Source: an uncultured bacterium
GTDB lineage: Bacteria; Auribacterota; Tritonobacteria; UBA1439
DNA: 64,000 nt
Reading direction: 5' to 3'
NCBI GenBank assembly: GCA_964460305.1
Contig: CAYWRA010000002.1
Span: forward strand, 3,089 to 67,088
Under the pieces are notes generated by a model that had not been told where the DNA came from, searched no databases, and was given only the letters and a program-made list of their open reading frames with translations. Positions 1 to 8,201 of this stretch are shown here, one piece after another (position 1 is the stretch's first letter; every line of letters starts with the position of its first letter). The translations under genes were made by a program, and so were the position numbers.

Positions 1-132
1 CATATTTCTGAGATCCTCGCGATCAGGATTATGGATAGATCATACTCTTGGCCAGAATGTTACGCAATATGACAGCGATGTAGATTAAAGTGCCGAATTG
101 CGCAGAGTTTTCTTGGCTTAGCCCACTGGATA

Positions 133-219
133 GGCGGTGGCGCCTTTATACTGCTACACCCCCACCCTCTGCATGTCTCGGGAGTCATGCCCGGCCCCCC
201 GCGTATTGCCCCCGGTCCG
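133..219 (+). ncRNA. Conserved ~90-nt structured motif, copy 1 (candidate cis-regulatory RNA or repeat)
   Basis: The core ggcg..tggcgccttta..ccccaccc..tgcatgtctcggg.g.catgcc.ggcccccgcgt.ttgcc..ccgt recurs at 2886-2974 in the same orientation. Both copies lie in 5' regions of + strand genes. Confidence 0.3.
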
Positions 220-406
220 TGAGGATGGGGATTTGCTCCGTATCGGGTAACGATAGTGCCCCCGCTACCAAAATGAGGGCATTGGATTGATATCTCGGGC
301 CCTTTTTCTTTCATTTTAACCTGGTTCCGCTTCCATCCCTATTTCCATTTGCATATTTTGCGTGTCACCGGTATTCTTTTAGATGACATGGGCCGGGAGG
401 AGTTTT

Positions 407-1186
407 ATGAAAAAACTCGCAGGTGACAAAATGAATATAAGAATTTTAGTGGCAACTTTGGCGGGTATGCTGTTGGGGACGCACGCGTTTTGTGCCGGCG
501 ATGGACCGGCGGTCGGCGTCATCGAATGGCAACCGAATATACCCCGCGAACGCAAAACCGACTACGACAAAACCGACTTCTGGGCGGCAATCGCTTTTTC
601 ACCCTCCACGGGCAAGTACGGTCCCACCTGCTATCATACGAGCCAGGACAATGCGGTCCGCATCGCCCGCGAGAACTGCAATGCCAAAGACGCCCGCCCC
701 ATGGTGCTTTGCTGCAACGGCTGGTGCGCTCTGGCGCTTGGCCAGCCGGCAGGCAAGGGAGAATATGCCTGGGGAGTAGGATGGGGGCCCGACCAGGAGA
801 CAGCCGAGCAATACGCGCTTGAGAACGCGCGCCAGCGGATGAGCGGGGCAAAAGTCGTTTACAGCGTCTTCGCCCGCGACATACAGTCTACAGGAGTGAT
901 CGCCTACTCGCCCACGACGGGCAAATGGGGTTATTCATTCGGCTACGGCCGCGGTGATGTTACCCGGGCGCTTCAGTTCTGCGAAGACCCGCAGGCCAAG
1001 GTCATCGTTTCGCCGACGTCATGCTGCTGGATGGCGCTGGCGCTGGGCGACGACAAGAGCGCGTACGGCTACGGCTACGCCGGCAACCGCGCCGATGCCG
1101 AGCGCAACGCGCTGGATGAATGTCACAAACGGACCAAAAACGCGAAGGTCGCCGTCAGCTTCTGCACCAACGGCGTGGTGCATTGA
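407..1186 (+). CDS. Secreted DUF4189-like repeat protein with three Cys-rich repeats
   Basis: An N-terminal signal peptide, MKKLAGDKMNIRILVATLAGMLLGTHAFCAG, is present. There are three repeats of the pattern G(V/A)IAYSP(S/T)TGK(Y/W)G...C...(L/C)C(N/T)GWCALALG, ending in WMALALG. A GGAGGAG ribosome-binding site lies 5 nt upstream of the ATG at 407. Confidence 0.55.
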   Translation: MKKLAGDKMNIRILVATLAGMLLGTHAFCAGDGPAVGVIEWQPNIPRERKTDYDKTDFWAAIAFSPSTGKYGPTCYHTSQDNAVRIARENCNAKDARPMVLCCNGWCALALGQPAGKGEYAWGVGWGPDQETAEQYALENARQRMSGAKVVYSVFARDIQSTGVIAYSPTTGKWGYSFGYGRGDVTRALQFCEDPQAKVIVSPTSCCWMALALGDDKSAYGYGYAGNRADAERNALDECHKRTKNAKVAVSFCTNGVVH

Positions 1187-1340
1187 AGGGCTCTGGGAGC
1201 AATCCCGGGGCCCTTTTCTCTTCCTGCCAAAATGCAGGGCTCATATGCAAATCTGTCGGTGTATAATAACGGTCTGGCCGTTACCTAAATAGGCGCCCCA
1301 AGGCGGTTCAGGGTCATCCACCGATTAACTGCACAACCAT

Positions 1341-2675
1341 TTATAGTGACCTGGGTGTGATCGTTCTTCCACTCACGGTCCTGTAAGCCCATTCCATGGC
1401 AAAACATACGGGCATGAGCGCGAACATGGTGATAAAAGCAGGCTTGGAATTCTGGTAAATGTAATAGCTCAGGATCGCGGCCATGCCAAAACAGGCCAGG
1501 ATCGACAAAGAGACCAGAGTTTTGTCGGCGCCCGTCTCAGAAATGACCCGCAGATGAGCTATCCCCACGGCGCCATAGATGAGAAGGAAAGCGCCGCTCC
1601 CCATCATCGCCACGCCTGACAGATCAAAGAACAGTATGAAAGATAACACCATGATCGCCGTGATCATCAGTCCGCCGGATCCGCCCTGCCATATATTTCT
1701 TGAGAAAACAGGCGGAAGCTCGCCGTCCCTTGCCAGCATATAGCTCACATTCGCCGATCCGAACAATGTGGCGTTAATGGCGGAAGCCGTAGAGAAAAGC
1801 GCCCCCAGGGCGATCAAGCGGAACCCGAGAGTCCCGAGGAACGGTTTTGCCGCCTCCGCCAGGGCATAGTCTTTGGCGGCGACGATCGCGTTGATGTGCA
1901 GATTTCCGATCACGGCGACGGAAACCAGGATGTAAATGAGGACCACGCTAAAAACACTCAGGTAAAGAGCGCGGGGCAAGAGTTTCCGTGGATCGTCCAT
2001 ATCTTCGGCTGCGTTTGTGATCAGGCCGAACCCTTCATATCCGATAAAGAGGACTCCTGCGCCGAACAAAATCCCCGAGAACTGGGGCCAGCTCGAAGGG
2101 GATAAATAAGCCGGGTGGATAAAAAATAAACCGACGACCGAAAACACCAGGAGGATGGCGATCTTGATCGCCACAATGATGGACTCGGAACGCCCGACCA
2201 GGCCCGCGCCTATGAAATTGACTGCCGTGAAGAGAACGACAATGCCCGTCGCGACGACCTTTCCGAATACGGATGAACCATATTGCGGGAAAAAAGTTTT
2301 GAAGTAGCCGGCGAATCCATGCGCATAGAGCGCCAGGGCGATGATGTATCCGATCCACATGTAAATGTTGATTCCACCGCTTAAAACGCCATCTCCAAAA
2401 CCCTGAACGAGAAATTCGACTGGGCCGCCCGCGGAAGGATAACGCGCTCCCAGTTTGGCGTAAGAATAGGTGGCAAGCAGAGCAACCACGCCTCCGATAA
2501 TAAACGAAAACCACAGGGCCGTCCCCGATGTCTGGGCCACGACACCGAGGATCGAAAATATGCCGGCGCCGACCATGCCGCCTATGCCTATAGACATAGC
2601 GGCGAGTAGGCCGATCTGCCCGCGTTTGGGACTGCCCGGGGATTTTGGCGAAGGTATGGCTGTGGGTTCTGTCAT
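1341..2675 (-). CDS. APC-family amino acid permease
   Basis: The 444-aa product is predicted to have 12 TM helices. The N-terminal GLLAAMSIGIGGMVGAGIF segment is typical of amino-acid/polyamine/organocation transporters. Confidence 0.7.
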   Translation of the reverse strand: MTEPTAIPSPKSPGSPKRGQIGLLAAMSIGIGGMVGAGIFSILGVVAQTSGTALWFSFIIGGVVALLATYSYAKLGARYPSAGGPVEFLVQGFGDGVLSGGINIYMWIGYIIALALYAHGFAGYFKTFFPQYGSSVFGKVVATGIVVLFTAVNFIGAGLVGRSESIIVAIKIAILLVFSVVGLFFIHPAYLSPSSWPQFSGILFGAGVLFIGYEGFGLITNAAEDMDDPRKLLPRALYLSVFSVVLIYILVSVAVIGNLHINAIVAAKDYALAEAAKPFLGTLGFRLIALGALFSTASAINATLFGSANVSYMLARDGELPPVFSRNIWQGGSGGLMITAIMVLSFILFFDLSGVAMMGSGAFLLIYGAVGIAHLRVISETGADKTLVSLSILACFGMAAILSYYIYQNSKPAFITMFALMPVCFAMEWAYRTVSGRTITPRSL

Positions 2676-2766
2676 GTTATCTTTTTCCTCACGGATTCGT
2701 CAAATCAACCATCATACATGTAACAGTCCTAGCGGCGCCAGCATCAATTTCCTACATTATACCTCT

Positions 2767-2848
2767 AGCCCGATCTATTCATCAACTTTGATCGGTCGAT
2801 AAGTGCTTACTGTGGCGCAAATAGTTAATCAAAATTGTCACATTTGAC
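2767..2848 (+). repeat. REP/MITE-like repeat family A, copy A1
   Basis: The element agcccgatctattcatcaactttgatcggtcgataagtgcttactgtggcgcaaatagttaatcaaaattgtcacatttgac is shared with copies at 12551, 24774 (-), 38903, 47437 and 48648 (-). Confidence 0.85.
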
Positions 2849-2885
2849 TTTCCAACACCTGCCGGTAGTATCCCTCCGCATCCAT

Positions 2886-2974
2886 GGGGGCGGTTTGGGC
2901 ATAAGTGGCGCCTTTACCCCACCCGATGCATGTCTCGGGCGCCATGCCTGGCCCCCGCGTTGCCACTGGGCCGT
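2886..2974 (+). ncRNA. Conserved ~90-nt structured motif, copy 2 (candidate cis-regulatory RNA or repeat)
   Basis: This is homologous to 133-219. It lies in the divergent intergenic region upstream of rex. Confidence 0.3.
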
Positions 2975-2999
2975 TTCACTATGCATGGAAATATATTTA

Positions 3000-3017
3000 T
3001 TGTGAATGTTTTCACAA
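3000..3017. promoter_or_regulatory. Candidate Rex operator (TTGTGAATGTTTTCACAA)
   Basis: This is a perfect 18-bp palindrome matching the Rex consensus TTGTGAAnnnnTTCACAA. It lies 64 bp upstream of the rex start codon. Confidence 0.6.
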
Positions 3018-3042
3018 AATAATGTTGCCATTCATGGGGACA

Positions 3043-3058
3043 GTGATATACTTATCAC
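3043..3058. promoter_or_regulatory. Second palindrome GTGATATACTTATCAC with adjacent TTGTGAA half-site
   Basis: The palindrome lies just upstream of the rex ATG. A TTGTGAAAAAAGG half-site sits at 3062-3074. Confidence 0.35.
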
Positions 3059-3080
3059 TTATTGTGAAAAAAGGAACAAT

Positions 3081-3719
3081 ATGCTTGCCAAACGAAATTG
3101 TGTTATCCGGCTTTCTCGATATAAGAGCGTGCTTTATCGCTTGCGTGACCTGGGTTTTGTGCGGGTCTTTTCGGATAATCTGGGCGACGCCATAGGGGTT
3201 ACGGCATCGCAGGTGAGAAAGGATTTCTCCGTCTTCGGCATTACCGGCAACCGCAAAGGCGGTTATGAGGTATCTTATCTGATTGAAAGATTGAACGAGA
3301 TCCTGGGCAAAAACAGGGTCGAGAAGGTGATCATCGTTGGCGCCGGCCATCTCGCTTACGCGCTTATGCACTACGGCGGTTTCGAAAAGGAGGGAATAAA
3401 GATAGAGGCCGCTTTTGACATAGATCCCTCCAAATATGACCGGCAAGCTCCGATCCCCGTCCTGCCGGTGGAGGAGATGAAGGGATTTGTTTCCTCAAGG
3501 AACATAAAGGTGTGCGTCCTGGCCGTCCCCGAGGTTGCGGCCCAGCGCGCGGCCGACAGCATTTTCGCCGCCGGGATCAAGGGGATCCTGAATTTTGCGT
3601 CGATTATGCTGAAGGCGCCGGACGATTGCTCCGTCACCAACGTCAATCTTGAGATGGAGTTGGAGAACCTCATCTATTTCATGAATCTTCTAGGGCAGGA
3701 AAAGAAAAAGGAACAGTGA
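3081..3719 (+). CDS. rex: Redox-sensing transcriptional repressor Rex
   Basis: The product contains an N-terminal winged helix, VIRLSRYKSVLYRLRDLGF, and a Rossmann GxGxxG motif, VIIVGAGHLAYAL. The stop codon overlaps the hydB start. Confidence 0.8.
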   Translation: MLAKRNCVIRLSRYKSVLYRLRDLGFVRVFSDNLGDAIGVTASQVRKDFSVFGITGNRKGGYEVSYLIERLNEILGKNRVEKVIIVGAGHLAYALMHYGGFEKEGIKIEAAFDIDPSKYDRQAPIPVLPVEEMKGFVSSRNIKVCVLAVPEVAAQRAADSIFAAGIKGILNFASIMLKAPDDCSVTNVNLEMELENLIYFMNLLGQEKKKEQ

Positions 3720-5884
3720 TGACGACCCCACTCGACATCGTAAAGAGGAAACGCGCGGAGGCGGTTGACCGCATACACAGCAGGGGTTATCTCGCCCAGA
3801 GGCGCGTGCACGTCGGCATGGCAACGTGCGAGATAGCGGCGGGCTCGCAGGACGTGATGGACGTTTTTCAGGAAGCGATCAAGAAGGGGCTGACCGGCGT
3901 CCACATAAGCCAGAAAGGGTGCGCGGGCCGGTGTAATTACGAGCCGACCGTGGAGGTGATCGAGGACGGCAAGCTCCCGGTGAAATACGGACGGGTCACG
4001 AGCGAGATGGCCCGCCAGATCGTCGAGCGGCACCTGAAAAAGGGCGAGATCATCAAGGAATGGCTGATCGGCTGGACGGGAAAAAGAAAAAGGGCGGCGC
4101 GGGAATACGTCATTACCCTCTGTGAAGGACCTTCCTGCATTCGCCAGAAATTACGGTATTTAAGGACCGCCATCGAAAAAGAGATCGCCGGACTGGGTTT
4201 GTCGGATAAGGTACGCCTCAGCATATCCGGATGTTTGGGCATGTGCAAACATGGGCCGGCGATGATCATTAATCCGCCCCATACCGTCTACGGCAACGTT
4301 AAGGCGGAAGACGTCCCGGAACTCATAAGATCGCACATCCTGAATAAAAAGCCGCTCACCCGCCTTATGGTCGAAGAGGAGCACCTGTGCAACAAATTCC
4401 TGAGGGTATTCGGGGACGTCAATTTTTTCGGCAAGCAGATGCGCATTGTGCTTCGGAATTGCGGAATCATAGATCCGGAGAATATCGATGATTATTTATC
4501 GGTACGGGGATATGAGGCGCTTGCAAAGGTGTTGACAAGGATGTCTCCGCAGCAGGTCATCGCGGCGGTGAAGAAATCGTGCCTGCGCGGAAGGGGCGGG
4601 GCCGGCTATCCCACGGGGGCCAAATGGGAGCTCGCCGCCAGTGGAGAGAGCAAAGAGAGATTCGTCATCTGCAACGCCGATGAGGGCGATCCGGGGGCGT
4701 TCATGGACAGGAGCGCCATAGAAGGGGATCCCCACACGATTATAGAAGGGATGATCATAGGGGGCTATGCGGTGGGGGCATCCAGAGGAATCGTTTACAT
4801 CCGGGCGGAGTATCCGCTGGCGGTCAAGAGGCTGCAGATGGCCATCGCCGACGCGAAGCGCGAGGGCTTCCTCGGGGAAAACATCCTGGGCGCCAATTTT
4901 TCGTTCACCATCGAGATACGGTTGGGAGCGGGCGCTTTTGTATGCGGCGAGGAGACGGCGTTGATCCATTCGATCGAGGGGCATCGCGGCATGCCGCGGC
5001 CGCGCCCGCCTTACCCGTCGGTGCAGGGGCTGTTCGACAAGCCGACGCTGATCAACAACGTCGAGACCTGGGCGAACGTCCCGGTGATCATTATCGAGGG
5101 GGCTGAATGGTTCAGCTCCATCGGCACGCAAAAAAGCAAGGGCACAAAGGTATTCGCCCTGGCGGGCAAAATCAATAATACGGGGCTTGTGGAAGTGCCG
5201 ATGGGGACGACGCTTCGTGAAATCATCTACGATATCGGCGGCGGGATGCCGGATGGAAAGAAATTCAAGGCGGTTCAAACCGGAGGCCCTTCAGGGGGGT
5301 GCCTCTCGGAGGAATATCTGGATACCCCGATCGATTATGAATCGCTGGCCAAGGCGGGCTCGATCATGGGGTCGGGGGGGATGATCATCATCGATGAAGA
5401 TTCGTGCATGGTAAACATCGCAAAATTTTTTTTGGAGTTTACCCAAAATGAATCCTGCGGCAAATGCACCCCCTGCAGGGAGGGGACGAAAAGGATGCTT
5501 GAGATCCTCACCCGCATCACCGAGGGGAAGGGCGAGGAGGGAGACGTCGGGAAGCTGGAGCGGCTCGGCATGATGATCAAGAAGGCGTCCCTCTGCGGCT
5601 TGGGGCAATCGGCGCCGAACCCGGTCTTAAGCACCATCAAAAACTTCCGCGCGGAGTACGAGGAGCACATCAAGGACAAGAGGTGCCGGGCGCATTATTG
5701 CGATGCGCTTCTGGAATACGAAGTGAACGATTCATGCGTCGGATGCGGGGCATGCAGAAAGGCGTGCCCGTCCGGGGCCGTTTCGGGAGCCCCGAAGAGC
5801 AGGCATTCGATCGACAAGGCGAAATGCATCCGGTGCGGCGTTTGTTATAAAAAATGCAAATTCAAAGCGATCGACAGGCGGTAG
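3716..5884 (+). CDS. hydB: [FeFe]-hydrogenase NADH-binding flavoprotein subunit (NuoF-like HydB)
   Basis: The product has N-terminal thioredoxin-like 2Fe-2S domains, a NuoF 51-kDa core with the SLCGLGQ region, and C-terminal 2x[4Fe-4S] ferredoxin motifs, CVGCGACRKACP and CIRCGVCYKKC. Confidence 0.8.
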   Translation: MMTTPLDIVKRKRAEAVDRIHSRGYLAQRRVHVGMATCEIAAGSQDVMDVFQEAIKKGLTGVHISQKGCAGRCNYEPTVEVIEDGKLPVKYGRVTSEMARQIVERHLKKGEIIKEWLIGWTGKRKRAAREYVITLCEGPSCIRQKLRYLRTAIEKEIAGLGLSDKVRLSISGCLGMCKHGPAMIINPPHTVYGNVKAEDVPELIRSHILNKKPLTRLMVEEEHLCNKFLRVFGDVNFFGKQMRIVLRNCGIIDPENIDDYLSVRGYEALAKVLTRMSPQQVIAAVKKSCLRGRGGAGYPTGAKWELAASGESKERFVICNADEGDPGAFMDRSAIEGDPHTIIEGMIIGGYAVGASRGIVYIRAEYPLAVKRLQMAIADAKREGFLGENILGANFSFTIEIRLGAGAFVCGEETALIHSIEGHRGMPRPRPPYPSVQGLFDKPTLINNVETWANVPVIIIEGAEWFSSIGTQKSKGTKVFALAGKINNTGLVEVPMGTTLREIIYDIGGGMPDGKKFKAVQTGGPSGGCLSEEYLDTPIDYESLAKAGSIMGSGGMIIIDEDSCMVNIAKFFLEFTQNESCGKCTPCREGTKRMLEILTRITEGKGEEGDVGKLERLGMMIKKASLCGLGQSAPNPVLSTIKNFRAEYEEHIKDKRCRAHYCDALLEYEVNDSCVGCGACRKACPSGAVSGAPKSRHSIDKAKCIRCGVCYKKCKFKAIDRR

Positions 5885-5893
5885 GAGATCGAC

Positions 5894-7669
5894 ATGTCCA
5901 AGCAGATTACCATATATATAGATAAAAGGCCCTACGTGGTGGAGGACGGGCAAACCATCATGCAGGCCGCCGATAAGCTGGGGTATCACATCCCCAGGCT
6001 TTGTTATCATCCCAAGCTCTCTCTCGAAGGCGCCTGCCGCGTCTGCATCGTGGAAGTGGAGGGGATGAACAATTACGTGGCAAGTTGCGCCTATCCGGTA
6101 ATCGACGGGATGAAAATACGCACCCATACCAAAGAGCTCAGGACCGCGCGGCGCGACATCGTCGAGCTGATCCTCAACAATCATCCCGACGACTGCCATA
6201 CCTGCGAGCGGGACGGCATCTGCGAGCTTCAAAACCTGGCGTATGCCATGGGCCTTCGGCACAGGCATTTTGAGGGGGAGAAAAAGCATTATGACAGAGA
6301 CCTTTCATCGGAAGCGGTCATCAGGGACCCGAATAAATGCATTCTCTGCGGAAGATGCGTGCGCATCTGTTCCGAGATCCAAAAGGTGACCAATCTGGGA
6401 TATGCCTATCGCGGGTTCAAAACGGTGGTTATCCCGGCATATGACATGCCTTTCAGCGAGAGCGTATGCACGGCTTGCGGACAATGCATCAACGTTTGCC
6501 CCACCGCCGCCTTTGTGGAAAAAAACAACTCCCAGGAACTTTTCGAGAAACTGCAGGATGATAGTCTCCTCAAGGTCGTTCAGTTCGCCCCATCGGTGCG
6601 CGCGGCTATCGGCGAGGCTTTCGGCTTCGAGACGGGGACGGGTAAGGAGCGCGAAACAACGGCGGCCCTGCGCCGGTTGGGTTTCGACTACGTCTTTGAC
6701 ACGCAGCTCTCAGCCGACCTGACGATCATGGAAGAGGCGAGCGAATTCTTGGAGCGACTGAAGGGCAATGGGAAGCTGCCCATGCTCACCTCCTGCTCCA
6801 GCGCGTGGATGAAGTGCATGGAACAGTTTTACCCTGACCTCATTGAAAACGTCTCGACCTGTAAATCCCCCATGTCCATGATGGGAACCCTGTTTAAAAC
6901 GTATTTTGCCGACAAGGTCAAGACCGACCCGGCTAAGATTTTGAGCGCAGCGGTCATGTGCTGTACGGCAAAGAAGTTCGAGGCGGCGCGGCCGGAGCTT
7001 AAAGTGAACGGCATGCGAGCGGTGGATATCGTCATCACGACGAGGGAGCTTGCGTGGATGATCCGGTCCGCGGGGATCGATTTCGTCAATATCAAGGGGG
7101 AGGATTTCGATAAGCCGCTCGGTTTCTCGAGCGGCGGCGGCTCGATATTCGGGGCCACAGGCGGCGTTATGGAATCCGCGATACGGACCGCGTACGAGAT
7201 GTCGACGGGCGAGCCCCTGATGGAGATCGAGATCGGGGCGCTCCGCGGCTTCAGCGGGATCAAGGAGGGTGTGATCGATTTCGGCGGCACGGAGATACGC
7301 GTAGCGGTCGCGCACGGTCTAGGCAATGCCCATACGCTTCTCGAAAGGGTCCGCGCGAATCCGGGGCTTTATCACTTTATCGAAATCATGGGCTGCCCCG
7401 GCGGGTGCATCGGCGGGGGAGGACAGCCGTATGCGGATTCGAATTCCCTTCCGCTGGATGAGGAAGTGCTCAAAAAACGCGCACAGGCGCTTTACGATCT
7501 CGACAGGCACAAGACCATCCGCAGGGCCCACAATAATCCGGACATACGCAGGCTATACAAGACGTTTCTCGGAAAGCCGCTCGGAGAGAAAGCGCACGAG
7601 TTATTACATACACATTATAAACCCAGGCTGCCGCGGGGCATCGTGCCGCGTGAGTTGACCAGCCGATGA
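5894..7669 (+). CDS. hydA: [FeFe]-hydrogenase catalytic subunit HydA (M3 type) with a variant L1 motif
   Basis: The N-terminus has a 2Fe-2S ferredoxin, a His-ligated cluster HPDDCHTCERDGIC, and 2x[4Fe-4S] motifs CILCGRCVRIC and CTACGQCINVCP. The H-cluster motifs are L1 TSCSSAW (canonical TSCCPxW), L2 MCCTAKKFE, and L3 EIMGCPGGCIGGGGQP. A TAGGAGA ribosome-binding site is present. Confidence 0.85.
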   Translation: MSKQITIYIDKRPYVVEDGQTIMQAADKLGYHIPRLCYHPKLSLEGACRVCIVEVEGMNNYVASCAYPVIDGMKIRTHTKELRTARRDIVELILNNHPDDCHTCERDGICELQNLAYAMGLRHRHFEGEKKHYDRDLSSEAVIRDPNKCILCGRCVRICSEIQKVTNLGYAYRGFKTVVIPAYDMPFSESVCTACGQCINVCPTAAFVEKNNSQELFEKLQDDSLLKVVQFAPSVRAAIGEAFGFETGTGKERETTAALRRLGFDYVFDTQLSADLTIMEEASEFLERLKGNGKLPMLTSCSSAWMKCMEQFYPDLIENVSTCKSPMSMMGTLFKTYFADKVKTDPAKILSAAVMCCTAKKFEAARPELKVNGMRAVDIVITTRELAWMIRSAGIDFVNIKGEDFDKPLGFSSGGGSIFGATGGVMESAIRTAYEMSTGEPLMEIEIGALRGFSGIKEGVIDFGGTEIRVAVAHGLGNAHTLLERVRANPGLYHFIEIMGCPGGCIGGGGQPYADSNSLPLDEEVLKKRAQALYDLDRHKTIRRAHNNPDIRRLYKTFLGKPLGEKAHELLHTHYKPRLPRGIVPRELTSR

Positions 7670-7691
7670 TGAATTCGGGAGAGTCGTCGCC

Positions 7692-8201
7692 ATGCCATGC
7701 TCCATAAAAACCGAAGACACGCGCAAGACCGAATTAAGGGATTATCTTGGCGGCCTTAAAGGTGTTGAGCGGTCGGAGTCGAACCTGATCGCCGTTTTGC
7801 ATAGGGTCCAGGAGATCTATGGATATCTGAGCAGGGAAGCGCTGGATGAAGTGGCCCTGAACATGAACATTCCGACTGCGCACATCTGGGGGGTCGCCAC
7901 ATTTTACCATTATTTCAAACTCAAGAAGCCGGGGAGGCACGTTATCTCGATCTGCCTGGGGACCGCCTGCTACATCAAAGGTGTTAAAGAAATATTGGAG
8001 AAATTGCGGGAGGAGCTGAACGTCGATATCGGAGGGGTTAGTCCCGACGGTTTGTTCGGCCTGGAGGAGGCGCGCTGCCTCGGGGCATGCGGCCTAGCGC
8101 CGGTGATGATGATCGATGGCAAGATCTTCGGCACACTGACCGCGAAAAGGGTTTCCGAGATCCTTCAGGAATACCGAAAGCGCGCCGAAAAGCAACCATG
8201 A
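7692..8201 (+). CDS. hydC: [FeFe]-hydrogenase NuoE-like 2Fe-2S subunit (HydC)
   Basis: The product has the thioredoxin-like [2Fe-2S] motifs CLGTACYIKG...CLGACGLAPV. Its stop codon overlaps the hydG start (ATGA). Confidence 0.75.
   Translation: MPCSIKTEDTRKTELRDYLGGLKGVERSESNLIAVLHRVQEIYGYLSREALDEVALNMNIPTAHIWGVATFYHYFKLKKPGRHVISICLGTACYIKGVKEILEKLREELNVDIGGVSPDGLFGLEEARCLGACGLAPVMMIDGKIFGTLTAKRVSEILQEYRKRAEKQP

Noticed and set aside
4496-5278. Long minus-strand ORF (260 aa) inside hydB, with similar shadow ORFs at 5732-6289, 6710-7315, 28363-29148, 30912-31742, 54445-55134 and 55491-56219
   Set aside because: These are typical high-GC antisense shadow ORFs with Arg/Pro/Gly-rich low-complexity translations. 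They lie entirely within well-supported genes on the opposite strand.
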